Assembly (NCBI GenBank): GCA_964393395.1
Contig: CAYMTQ010000003.1
Span: 2,671-66,670 of the forward strand
DNA from: an uncultured Sangeribacter sp.
GTDB lineage: Bacteria > Bacteroidota > Bacteroidia > Bacteroidales > Muribaculaceae
DNA: 64,000 nt
Direction of reading: 5' to 3'
The position numbers and the translations under genes were made by a program. Positions 48,201 through 55,711 of the stretch are shown here, in pieces. Under the pieces are notes generated by a model. The model saw nothing but the letters and a program-made list of their open reading frames with translations. It ran no database searches and had not been told where the DNA came from. How positions within the stretch are numbered: the stretch's first letter is position 1; each line of letters starts with the position of its first letter.

Positions 48201-48589
48201 AGGCTGATAGCGTCCTGAACCGCGAAGCCTCAGGATTTGCAAGAGAGATTCTTGGAATCGAAAGAGCACCTGAAGCCGTACGTCCTTCAAACGGAAAGAT
48301 CGAAACAGATCTGAAGGCCATCGGCATAGGTTTCGGAAACCGTACATACAAATATTCTAATAATCTCAACGATCGGCAATATATTGTCGAAAACCCCGAT
48401 CCGCTGGTCCCTGTTGAAAATGGGAAAATTATTCTTAACTTTACGGACTCAAATGGAGCGGCAGGCATCCTGACCGAATATGGGCGTGGTCGAAGTGCCG
48501 TGCTCAGTGTCCCGTTCGAGAGCCTGAGCGATCCGGATCAGAGGTCCCGGCTCATGAAAGATATTCTCGGGAGTCTCGGCTCACTCTGA
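45206..48589 (+). CDS. Membrane-anchored multidomain protein: split MurNAc-L-Ala-amidase-like (Amidase_3-like) fold, golvesin-C-terminal-like domain, FN3-like domain; polybasic and polyacidic disordered blocks
   Basis: The N-terminal hydrophobic helix is followed by KKSRKKKSGTSAGKSSSRKKKGSTRRKKGSGKKKSTNRKKKKK. Amidase-like segments are ALWHSHG...ENAGAYVMLPRERD and later AMALHTDAG...ALIELMSHQNFGDM. The golvesin-like block is AAWYADIPKDGEYAVYVSYK...ARYTVNYSGGSREFSVNQTMGGGTWIYLGTFPL. The acidic run is ENDEEEEEDEEGDDEEDDDDEGDDEDDESGDEETDAE. Domain names are from memory of the families and were not searched. Confidence 0.55.
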   Translation: MNRKTVIIILLSFIIGICADLAGVPEMAAMAGVEYAEAAAKKSRKKKSGTSAGKSSSRKKKGSTRRKKGSGKKKSTNRKKKKKAVVRKAPAPQPEQPQNDSLTLRVNAHVLSTIPEKLNPGGLRVNSVRPDTKNRTARIGLNENFTYLPVTRELISELTKEVKNALPDSLDGYGIDLRVGSKNLAYYITKVDKLPAERRKNPAFVTERAAPWIPKKGMAGDVVALWHSHGRYYKNGAWYWQRPLLFTTAEDLFPTSFILNYAVPMMENAGAYVMLPRERDLNSSEVIVDNDTNPDGAIYSQTTYREQNGTQKWVTGELEGFIYDLPDFRDTENPFENGTYRQTRTVAGGSPSVAAWYADIPKDGEYAVYVSYKSLPESTKDARYTVNYSGGSREFSVNQTMGGGTWIYLGTFPLEAGYSDSEPVVTLTNVSSDSGKVVTADAVKIGGGMGNIARSPKRSDILYDPSTPEATTSSVSKGSKTKIQSENDEEEEEDEEGDDEEDDDDEGDDEDDESGDEETDAETAVPQPVAKGPAPTFKVSGMPRFAEGARYWLHWAGFPERVYSPYHGSDDYKDDYTSRGHWVNYLAGGSAVLPDYRGLRIPVDAAMALHTDAGKRADDSIVGTLGIYYTNGGDSYEDGTPRINSRMLTDMLMRQITGDIRQTWEPQWTRRSMWDKSYVEARVPEVPTALIELMSHQNFGDMMYGLDPAFQFTVGRSVYKAMARFISERKDREVVIQPLPVKDFAISRTKKNHFRLTWKPVEDPLEPTAAPSHYLIYERSGDELGFHFLGQTKKEHYDIVVPDDEVHSFRVVAVNEGGVSFPSETLALREVPGNEKPVLIVNGFDRVSGPEAFKDGDRAGFSSQTDFGVPYIKDVLFTGYQNEFRRSSGDSFGKSGDSYAPKIIAGNTFDYPYVHGTAIAAAGKGFVSASLGAVESGHVDFSDYKTVDLILGKQKATVTGRGTSGVRSVLYPEKLRKELKSFLKGGGRLIVSGQYVTGEADSVLNREASGFAREILGIERAPEAVRPSNGKIETDLKAIGIGFGNRTYKYSNNLNDRQYIVENPDPLVPVENGKIILNFTDSNGAAGILTEYGRGRSAVLSVPFESLSDPDQRSRLMKDILGSLGSL

Positions 48590-48629
48590 CCCTGTAAACC
48601 AAGAGAAAAATCCATAACAGAACAATCTG

Positions 48630-50003
48630 ATGTCACTTTATCATTTCTCGACAGTCAATGACCTCCGCGACGAGATTTTCCGCCGTGGTCTCGAACAATA
48701 TATTCTCGTTGCCGTCGGCAATCGTACCCCCTCATTCTATAAGTACGGGAAGGACAGGTTGCTGCAAATCTCGGAAGAGAGTGACGCGACAATGGTCTAC
48801 AGCTACTATCGCGATGAGCTCGAAGACGGTTCCGAAAGAGATCATCCACTGATCGATTATCAGCCGGGTTCGTTGCGCGATGACTTCGATTTCGGAGGCG
48901 TTGTGGCTCTCAACTGTTCCGACGTACTGAGTGCGACGGAAGACTTCGAGGATGAGGACTCCGAATCGCCCGACGGCGGATGGTATGCGCTCAGATTGCG
49001 CCTCTCTTTAGGGCGCGGAATAATATGTGTTCCGGAGTTCCTTTATTCCATGCCGCTTCAGGACACGCGCCACAGTGGAGAACGCCAGCACGATTATGTG
49101 AACCCGCGAAGCCGGATATATCAGAAAGCGATGGAGCAGATATGTTCCGACCATCTTTATGAGATCGGGGCTTTGCTTGAGGAGGAACCCTCAGAGGGAC
49201 CGGTTGATGATGGTGAGTTTCCTGTTGTCGCGTCAGTTGTCATACCGGTAAGGAACCGGGTGGCTACTGTCGGTGAGGCTGTGAAGAGTGCGCTGAGCCA
49301 GTATGCTGAGTTCGATTTCAATGTGATTGTCGTCGATAACGGTTCGACAGACGGAACCCGCGAACTTCTCGAGGCGATCGATGACCCCCGGCTGGTACTC
49401 GTCAGACTGTCCGGGAAGGAAGGTCTCGGAATCGGCGGCTGCTGGAACGAAGCCGCATTCCATGAAAAATGCGGCCGCTTTATGGTTCAGCTCGACTCTG
49501 ACGATGTCTATTCCTCACCCCTGACACTTCAGAAGATCGTTGATACATTCTATGAAGATATGTGCGGAATGGTTGTCGGAAGCTATATGCTGACCGGTCC
49601 GGATCTGACTCCTGTAGAAGGGGGCCTGATCGATCATGCTGAATGGACCGATGATAACGGCCGGAACAATGCTCTCAGAATAAACGGTTTCGGCGCGCCG
49701 AGAGCTTTTCTGACCTCTCTTGTACGTGAAATACGTTTCCCGAATACGAGCTATGGCGAGGATTACGCGATGGCATTGCGGATCAGCCGTGAATGGCGGG
49801 TCGGCAGAATATACGAATGTCTGTATTATTGCCGGCGCTGGGACGGGAATTCTGACGCGCATCTCTCTGTCGAGAAGGAGAATGCACATAATAAGTATAA
49901 AGACTATATCCGGAGTCTCGAGCTTTTCGCACGGCTGCAGGAGAATGACCCGGCCCGCGAGACAGCGTCGGGAGAGGGTGATCTATCGGGAGAAGAGGAA
50001 TGA
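48630..50003 (+). CDS. Family 2 glycosyltransferase with a ~195-aa N-terminal extra domain
   Basis: The GT-A core is VVASVVIPVRNRVATVGEAVKSALSQ...NVIVVDNGSTDGT...QLDSDD (DxD). The preceding 195 aa have no motif I recognise. Confidence 0.8.
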   Translation: MSLYHFSTVNDLRDEIFRRGLEQYILVAVGNRTPSFYKYGKDRLLQISEESDATMVYSYYRDELEDGSERDHPLIDYQPGSLRDDFDFGGVVALNCSDVLSATEDFEDEDSESPDGGWYALRLRLSLGRGIICVPEFLYSMPLQDTRHSGERQHDYVNPRSRIYQKAMEQICSDHLYEIGALLEEEPSEGPVDDGEFPVVASVVIPVRNRVATVGEAVKSALSQYAEFDFNVIVVDNGSTDGTRELLEAIDDPRLVLVRLSGKEGLGIGGCWNEAAFHEKCGRFMVQLDSDDVYSSPLTLQKIVDTFYEDMCGMVVGSYMLTGPDLTPVEGGLIDHAEWTDDNGRNNALRINGFGAPRAFLTSLVREIRFPNTSYGEDYAMALRISREWRVGRIYECLYYCRRWDGNSDAHLSVEKENAHNKYKDYIRSLELFARLQENDPARETASGEGDLSGEEE

Positions 50004-50911
50004 TGACAGCTTCAGATTTCCACGAACAGGCGAAGGATTTCATCGAGACCCAGCTTGCCGTCTGGCCGGAAGCCAAAGCCCGTTTTGATGATCTCGGAAA
50101 AACTGAGCGTAAGCCGTTCCGTAGCGGACGCTTGAACGGAGCGATCCAGTTCAATCCGGCACGAAGCCGATCCACAACGGCAGACGTGTCCGGCGAGGCA
50201 ATCCGGAAGAGGCCCTGTTTCCTCTGTTCAGCCAACCGACCTGAGGAACAGATCGCAGTTCCGATTGCCGAAGGGTGGACGATGCTTCTAAATCCCTTTC
50301 CGATCCTTCCGGTTCATTTCACGATAGTTTCAGACAGTCATCGCGACCAGATGCCCGATTTGCCTCAGATGATTGCTTTTGCGGAGAAAATGCCCGGAAT
50401 GGCTGTCTTCTTCAACGGGGCAAAAGCCGGCGCCAGTGCTCCCGATCATCTTCATTTCCAGGCCGTCGTTGCCGACGAGCTCCCACTGCTCAGGGAAATA
50501 GAATCTGCCTTCCCATCCAATAAACCATGCTTTGTAAACGTTGAAAAAGGGGAAGCTGAATCCGATACGGATGCATGGCCGTTCATATTCTCCACTGCGG
50601 TTGTTCTCCCCGGTAAGGAGGGAATGAAGGCGCTTTCCTCAATTATGGACGAAACGGAAAGAGGAGACAAGGAACTCGTCAATCTGTATGCCTGGATAGG
50701 GAAGGGGGGCGAGCTCAGGATTCTGAGAATCCCGAGGAGAGCTCACCGGCCATCATGCTATTCGTCCGGCGAAAAGAGATTGCTCGTGAGCCCTGGGGCT
50801 ATAGATATGGCGGGACTCATCATAACCGTCAGACCGGAAGATTTCGAGAGTGCCGGAAACCGGATTCAGGAAATTTATTCCGAAGTCGCATTTACTGACA
50901 ATAATAACTGA
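50000..50911 (+). CDS. HIT/GalT-branch NDP-hexose phosphorylase-like protein (DUF4922-like)
   Basis: CFLC...LLNPFPILPVHFTIV...FFNGAKAGASAPDHLHFQAV has the same layout as the GDP-L-galactose/GDP-D-glucose phosphorylase and Ap4A phosphorylase HxHxQ active site. The start overlaps the GT2 stop (ATGA at 50000-50003). Confidence 0.6.
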   Translation: MMTASDFHEQAKDFIETQLAVWPEAKARFDDLGKTERKPFRSGRLNGAIQFNPARSRSTTADVSGEAIRKRPCFLCSANRPEEQIAVPIAEGWTMLLNPFPILPVHFTIVSDSHRDQMPDLPQMIAFAEKMPGMAVFFNGAKAGASAPDHLHFQAVVADELPLLREIESAFPSNKPCFVNVEKGEAESDTDAWPFIFSTAVVLPGKEGMKALSSIMDETERGDKELVNLYAWIGKGGELRILRIPRRAHRPSCYSSGEKRLLVSPGAIDMAGLIITVRPEDFESAGNRIQEIYSEVAFTDNNN

Positions 50912-50920
50912 CATCTATAT

Positions 50921-52417
50921 ATGACACGAAATTTACTTCTTGCGTTATTCATGGGCGGAGGACTCCTGACAGCAGGTGCCAACGACTATGGATTCACGGA
51001 CAATATTCAGGAGGCCAACATCCTTCACTGTTTTGACTGGAAGTTCAAAGATATCCGAGAAGAACTTCCACGTATCGCAGAGGCCGGATTCGGCGCGGTG
51101 CAGGTTTCTCCCGTTCAGGGTAATGCCGCACAGGGTGCGGAATGGTTCTATGCCTATCTACCATACGACTTCGCTTTCACCGACAATAAGGCTAATGGCA
51201 ATGGCACGCGCCAGGATCTGAAGGCATTGTGTGACGAAGCCTCACGATATGGAATCAAGATTATCGTCGACGTGGTAGCCAATCATATCAATAAGAGTGC
51301 GGCATATCGAAATGGCTGGTGGAAAAATACGGATTATCTGCGCGATCTCGGCGGCATCAACTATGGAAGCCGGACTTCGATCACACATAATAATCTGGGC
51401 GACTATAAGGATGTAGTTTCAGAGAATGCAGATGTTCAGCAGCGCGCCCTTGAATTTGTGCAGGATCTTAAGAGCCTTGGAGTCAAGGGAATCCGTTGGG
51501 ATGCTGCGAAGCATATCGGCCTTCCTTCCGAGAACTGTGCTTTCTGGAGCGTTGTCTGCGGCGAAGAAGGTATCTGGCACTATGGCGAGATTCTCGATAA
51601 TCCCGGCGGAACAGGCGACAGCAATTGGAAGGTGCTCAAGGAATATGCCCAGTACATGAGCGTGACGGATAATGTTGTTGCCCGGACTATACTGAACCTG
51701 TATAAGGGAAAGAATGCACCGACGAAATATGCGAACCACTGTGCTGAAAAATCCGGTCACGGAGTTGATCCCTCGCGTGTCATATATTGGGCTGAGAGCC
51801 ATGACACATACTCCAATGATGGGGGAGAGACAAAGAATGTTGACCAGGATTTAATTGACCGCGCCTACTGCTTCCAGGCTTGCCGTGAAAAAGAGGCGGC
51901 CCTTTATCTCTCGCGTCCCTTCGAGAAGGAAAGGACAAGAATCAGAATGGGCGTCAAAGGCTCGGTCAACGCACTTGAGAATCCTGCAATCGGGGCCGTA
52001 AACCGATTCAGAGTAGCGATGAACGGCAAGCCCGAGACCGTTAGTCTGGTAGCGGGAAAACAGGGACATTCACTCTTCGCCCGCAAAGATGGCGGTTTCG
52101 TCCTGATCCTTCCTTCTGCAATTGAAAAGGATATTGAGATAGAGAATCCCTCCGGTTATGTCGTTCCCGGAACTTATAAAGATGAGATTGACGGAACATC
52201 ATTTACCGTCACACAGTCCACGATCAAAGGCCATGTCGGTCCATCAGGCTATGCCGTTGTGATTGCCGGTGAGACAGCTGTCGGTGAGGTAGAAAGTGAT
52301 AATACAGTATATGACCCCGTCTATTACACACTTCAGGGTGTGCGTGTGGAGAATCCCTCAAAAGGACTGTATATCAAGGTTGAAGGTCCGAAATCAACAA
52401 AGGTTTACGTGAAATAA
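50921..52417 (+). CDS. Secreted GH13 alpha-amylase
   Basis: A signal peptide is followed by GH13 conserved regions: KIIVDVVANH (I), GIRWDAAKH (II), HYGEILD (III), YWAESHD (IV). Confidence 0.92.
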   Translation: MTRNLLLALFMGGGLLTAGANDYGFTDNIQEANILHCFDWKFKDIREELPRIAEAGFGAVQVSPVQGNAAQGAEWFYAYLPYDFAFTDNKANGNGTRQDLKALCDEASRYGIKIIVDVVANHINKSAAYRNGWWKNTDYLRDLGGINYGSRTSITHNNLGDYKDVVSENADVQQRALEFVQDLKSLGVKGIRWDAAKHIGLPSENCAFWSVVCGEEGIWHYGEILDNPGGTGDSNWKVLKEYAQYMSVTDNVVARTILNLYKGKNAPTKYANHCAEKSGHGVDPSRVIYWAESHDTYSNDGGETKNVDQDLIDRAYCFQACREKEAALYLSRPFEKERTRIRMGVKGSVNALENPAIGAVNRFRVAMNGKPETVSLVAGKQGHSLFARKDGGFVLILPSAIEKDIEIENPSGYVVPGTYKDEIDGTSFTVTQSTIKGHVGPSGYAVVIAGETAVGEVESDNTVYDPVYYTLQGVRVENPSKGLYIKVEGPKSTKVYVK

Positions 52418-52440
52418 AACCGACCGAACAAGGAGATAAA

Positions 52441-52475
52441 AAATGATGTGCGGAATTCCGCACATCATTTTTTTT
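52441..52475 (+). terminator. Strong rho-independent terminator after the amylase gene
   Basis: AATGATGTGCGG aatt CCGCACATCATT (12-bp perfect stem) followed by a T9 run. Confidence 0.92.
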
Positions 52476-52519
52476 TGTCAAATTTTTGTCAAAATTTTTT
52501 GAGATTGTCAAAAAAATCT

Positions 52520-52527
52520 TAATTTTG
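52520..52527 (+). promoter_or_regulatory. -7 promoter box TAATTTTG for the 312-aa secreted protein gene
   Basis: Exact TAnnTTTG match 72 nt upstream of the ATG at 52600, preceded by three TTGTCAAA repeats (52474, 52485, 52505). Confidence 0.5.
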
Positions 52528-52599
52528 CACCCAAATAGGGTTTCTCTCGCTCTATATCACAAGGTAACAGACACTAAACATATACCTAAACTTAAAAAC

Positions 52600-53538
52600 A
52601 TGAAGAAATTTTTACTTCTTTCAGCAGTAGCAGCTACTGCACTCTGTGGCTATTCACAGGACTACCTGAATGCCACATACTATGTGATCGGTTCAAACGT
52701 AAACGGACACTCTTGGGAATGTGGCGTTGAATCTTGCAAAATGGAGAACAAAGGCGGTGGCATTCACGAGTGGACAGGTGAATATATCGAGAACGGCTTC
52801 AAGTTCAATGACGGATCTTGGAGTGATATCGATCTCGGTGGTTCTAATGATCCGTTAGTACTCGGAGAGAACTACTCAATCTACTCAAGCGGTGCAAATA
52901 TCAAATTCGCTGAGGCTGACGGAGTAGCTTTCAGCGGACTCAAAAATCCGAAGATCGTTCTCAATGTTGCCGATCCCGATAATATGTACATCACTGTAAC
53001 AGGTGAAAAGGACGGTATCATCAAATGGTATTTCGCTGGAACATTTAACACATACCAGAATGGTGAAAACACCGATTGGTGTATCACTGACGAGCAGGGT
53101 GCATACGCATTCACTGAACTCGGTGACAAAAAATATGAGCTCAAAAACATCCACATCTTCCCTGACGAGTCTACTGGCTATGCAGAGTTTAAAGTAGCTT
53201 CTACTGGCTGGGGTACTCAGTACGGTGCAGGTGATTCTGATATCGTATTCGGTGCTGGCGTAGACGAAGGCCTGCTCGAAGAGGTAGGAGCTTTCGGTGG
53301 TGGCGCAATCTGCTACTATGATGGCTACTATGACATCAATTGGGATGGCAACACTCACATCATCAGCTTCAAAGAGGTTGGTGGCGAAGACGATCCCGGT
53401 GCTGTAAACGAGATCAACGCTGCTAACGGCGAGGCTACTTACTACAACCTCCAGGGCGTTCGCGTTGCTAACCCTGAGAACGGCCTCTTCATCCAGGCTC
53501 TCAACGGCAAGGCTACTAAGGTCCTCATCCGCAAGTAA
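52600..53538 (+). CDS. Secreted hypothetical protein, possibly carbohydrate-binding, sharing a C-terminal tail with the upstream amylase
   Basis: The start is chosen at MKKFLLLSAVAATALCGYSQ (signal peptide); the track ORF from 52486 would read through the promoter. The protein is rich in aromatic and Gly residues (GFKFNDGSWSD, WYFAGTFN). The C-terminus YYNLQGVRVANPENGLFIQALNGKATKVLIRK parallels the amylase YYTLQGVRVENPSKGLYIKVEGPKSTKVYVK. Confidence 0.7.
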   Translation: MKKFLLLSAVAATALCGYSQDYLNATYYVIGSNVNGHSWECGVESCKMENKGGGIHEWTGEYIENGFKFNDGSWSDIDLGGSNDPLVLGENYSIYSSGANIKFAEADGVAFSGLKNPKIVLNVADPDNMYITVTGEKDGIIKWYFAGTFNTYQNGENTDWCITDEQGAYAFTELGDKKYELKNIHIFPDESTGYAEFKVASTGWGTQYGAGDSDIVFGAGVDEGLLEEVGAFGGGAICYYDGYYDINWDGNTHIISFKEVGGEDDPGAVNEINAANGEATYYNLQGVRVANPENGLFIQALNGKATKVLIRK

Positions 53539-53582
53539 TCTCTGAATTCTATCCTATAGGATAAGAAATAAAGATCAAACGT

Positions 53583-53618
53583 CAGGTGTCCCCTACGGGA
53601 GGCACCTGATTCTATTTT
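53583..53618 (+). terminator. Rho-independent terminator after the secreted-protein gene
   Basis: CAGGTGTCCC ctac GGGAGGCACCTG (10 bp with a 2-nt bulge) followed by ATTCTATTTT. Confidence 0.75.
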
Positions 53619-53684
53619 CCAGGGGTTTATATTGGCATTTATAGGTGCCCGCTCGTCCGATTTTGCCGACTCGCGAATTTGTGT

Positions 53685-53692
53685 TAATTTTG
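53685..53692 (+). promoter_or_regulatory. -7 promoter box TAATTTTG upstream of lepA
   Basis: Exact TAnnTTTG match 24 nt upstream of the ATG at 53717. Confidence 0.45.
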
Positions 53693-53716
53693 TGTTTCTG
53701 AAACAGAAGAATATCG

Positions 53717-55504
53717 ATGAAGAATATACGCAATTTTTGCATCATAGCCCATATTGACCATGGCAAGTCTACTCTTGCCGACCGACTTCTTGAGCGGACC
53801 GGAACAGTTGCCGGAAAAGATATGGAGGCGCAGGTGCTCGATGATATGGATCTCGAACGTGAAAGAGGAATCACGATCAAGAGCCATGCGATCCAGATGA
53901 ACCATCGCGAAAATGGCGAGGATTATATTCTGAATCTGATCGACACTCCGGGACACGTCGATTTTTCATACGAAGTGTCGCGTTCAATAGCCGCCTGTGA
54001 AGGCGCTCTGCTGATTGTCGATGCCTCACAAGGAATCCAGGCCCAGACAATCTCGAACCTCTATATGGCCATTGACAATGATCTGGAGATCATTCCGGTG
54101 ATTAACAAATGTGATCTTGAATCGGCCAACCCCGATGAAGTCGAGGATCAGATTGTCGATCTTCTCGGTTGCAAAAGGGAAGAGATCATCCGGGCCTCCG
54201 GAAAGACCGGTATGGGCGTGGATGACATTCTTAAGGCTATTGTCGACAGGGTTCCGGCGCCGAAAGGTGACCCGGATGCTCCTCTCCAGGCGCTGATATT
54301 TGATTCCGTATTCAATCCTTTCCGCGGTATCATCGCCTATTTCAAGGTCCTCAACGGTACTCTGAAGACGAACGACTTCGTCAAATTTGTGTCGACCGGA
54401 AAGGAATATCATGCCGATGAGATCGGTGTCCTTAAACTCGACATGCAACCCGGGAAGGAGATATCCGCCGGAAACGTGGGATATATTATTTCCGGAATCA
54501 AGACTTCGCGTGAAGTCAAGGTCGGCGACACCATCACCCATGTTGCCCGTCCCTGTGAGAAAGCGATCGAGGGTTTCGAGGAGGTGAAGCCGATGGTCTT
54601 CGCCGGCGTCTATCCCATCGATGCTGAGGATTTTGAAAATCTGCGTGCTTCGCTCGAAAAACTTCAGCTGAATGATGCCTCGCTTACCTTCCAGCCCGAA
54701 TCTTCGGCCGCTCTCGGTTTCGGTTTCCGATGCGGTTTCCTCGGACTGCTTCACATGGAGATCATTCAGGAACGTCTCGGACGCGAGTTCAATATGGATG
54801 TCATCACGACCGTGCCCAACGTTTCGTATAAGGTCGTGGACAAGAAAGGAAATGTAACCGAGGTCCACAATCCTTCCGGTCTCCCGGAACCTACCCTGAT
54901 TGACTATATCGAGGAGCCATATATCCGTGCTACGGTGATCACGGCGGCCGAATACATAGGACCGATCATGACCCTGTGTCTCAGCAAGCGCGGCGAACTC
55001 GTCAAGCAGGAGTATATCTCGGGCAACAGAATGGAGCTGACATTCGACATGCCGCTCGGCGAGATCGTGATCGATTTCTATGACAAGCTGAAGTCGATCT
55101 CGAAAGGATATGCTTCGTTTGACTATCATATCAGCGAATTCCGGGAGTCAAAGCTTGTGAAGCTCGACATTCTGCTCAATGGCGAGAGTGTCGATGCACT
55201 CTCGACGCTGACCCATGCGGACAACGCTGTCAAATTCGGGCGCAGAATGTGCGAGAAGCTGAAGGAACTGATTCCGAGACAGCAGTTCGACATCGCGATC
55301 CAGGCCGCTATCGGTGCTAAAATCATCGCACGCGAAACGGTGAAAGCCGTGCGAAAGGATGTGACTGCGAAATGTTATGGCGGTGACATTTCCCGAAAGC
55401 GAAAGCTCCTTGAAAAACAGAAGGAGGGAAAGAAGCGCATGAAGCAGATCGGACGTGTCGAAGTGCCCCAGAAAGCCTTCCTTGCCGTGCTCAAGCTCGA
55501 TTAA
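53717..55504 (+). CDS. lepA: Elongation factor 4 (LepA)
   Basis: [23 protein letters not shown]...DTPGHVDF...NKCDL, plus the LepA-specific C-terminal region ...[26 protein letters not shown]. Confidence 0.97.
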   Translation: MKNIRNFCIIAHIDHGKSTLADRLLERTGTVAGKDMEAQVLDDMDLERERGITIKSHAIQMNHRENGEDYILNLIDTPGHVDFSYEVSRSIAACEGALLIVDASQGIQAQTISNLYMAIDNDLEIIPVINKCDLESANPDEVEDQIVDLLGCKREEIIRASGKTGMGVDDILKAIVDRVPAPKGDPDAPLQALIFDSVFNPFRGIIAYFKVLNGTLKTNDFVKFVSTGKEYHADEIGVLKLDMQPGKEISAGNVGYIISGIKTSREVKVGDTITHVARPCEKAIEGFEEVKPMVFAGVYPIDAEDFENLRASLEKLQLNDASLTFQPESSAALGFGFRCGFLGLLHMEIIQERLGREFNMDVITTVPNVSYKVVDKKGNVTEVHNPSGLPEPTLIDYIEEPYIRATVITAAEYIGPIMTLCLSKRGELVKQEYISGNRMELTFDMPLGEIVIDFYDKLKSISKGYASFDYHISEFRESKLVKLDILLNGESVDALSTLTHADNAVKFGRRMCEKLKELIPRQQFDIAIQAAIGAKIIARETVKAVRKDVTAKCYGGDISRKRKLLEKQKEGKKRMKQIGRVEVPQKAFLAVLKLD

Positions 55505-55566
55505 GGCTCCATTTTATAAAATGGACTATAGCACACAGCTGAAAATATAGCAGACAAGACATTCAC

Positions 55567-55604
55567 CCGCCGCATTTTCCCCCGGAATTTGTGGCGGATG
55601 TTTT
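55567..55604 (+). terminator. Terminator-like hairpin downstream of lepA
   Basis: CCGCCGCA (55567-55574) pairs with TGTGGCGG (55590-55597), including one G-U pair, with a 15-nt loop, followed by ATGTTTT. Confidence 0.45.
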
Positions 55605-55711
55605 CTTGCACATAGTAGTCCGGCATAAACCGAAATGCACATAACGTTGTTGAAGGTTTAAAGGTCCGCATCAAGTAACAATTGAGATGTGGTCTAAATA
55701 CGATTTCACAG

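Noticed and set aside
55508-55525. The perfect palindrome TCCATTTTATAAAATGGA immediately after the lepA stop.
   Set aside because: It is AT-rich with no loop, so it would form only a weak stem. The GC-containing hairpin at 55567-55597 is the likelier terminator.
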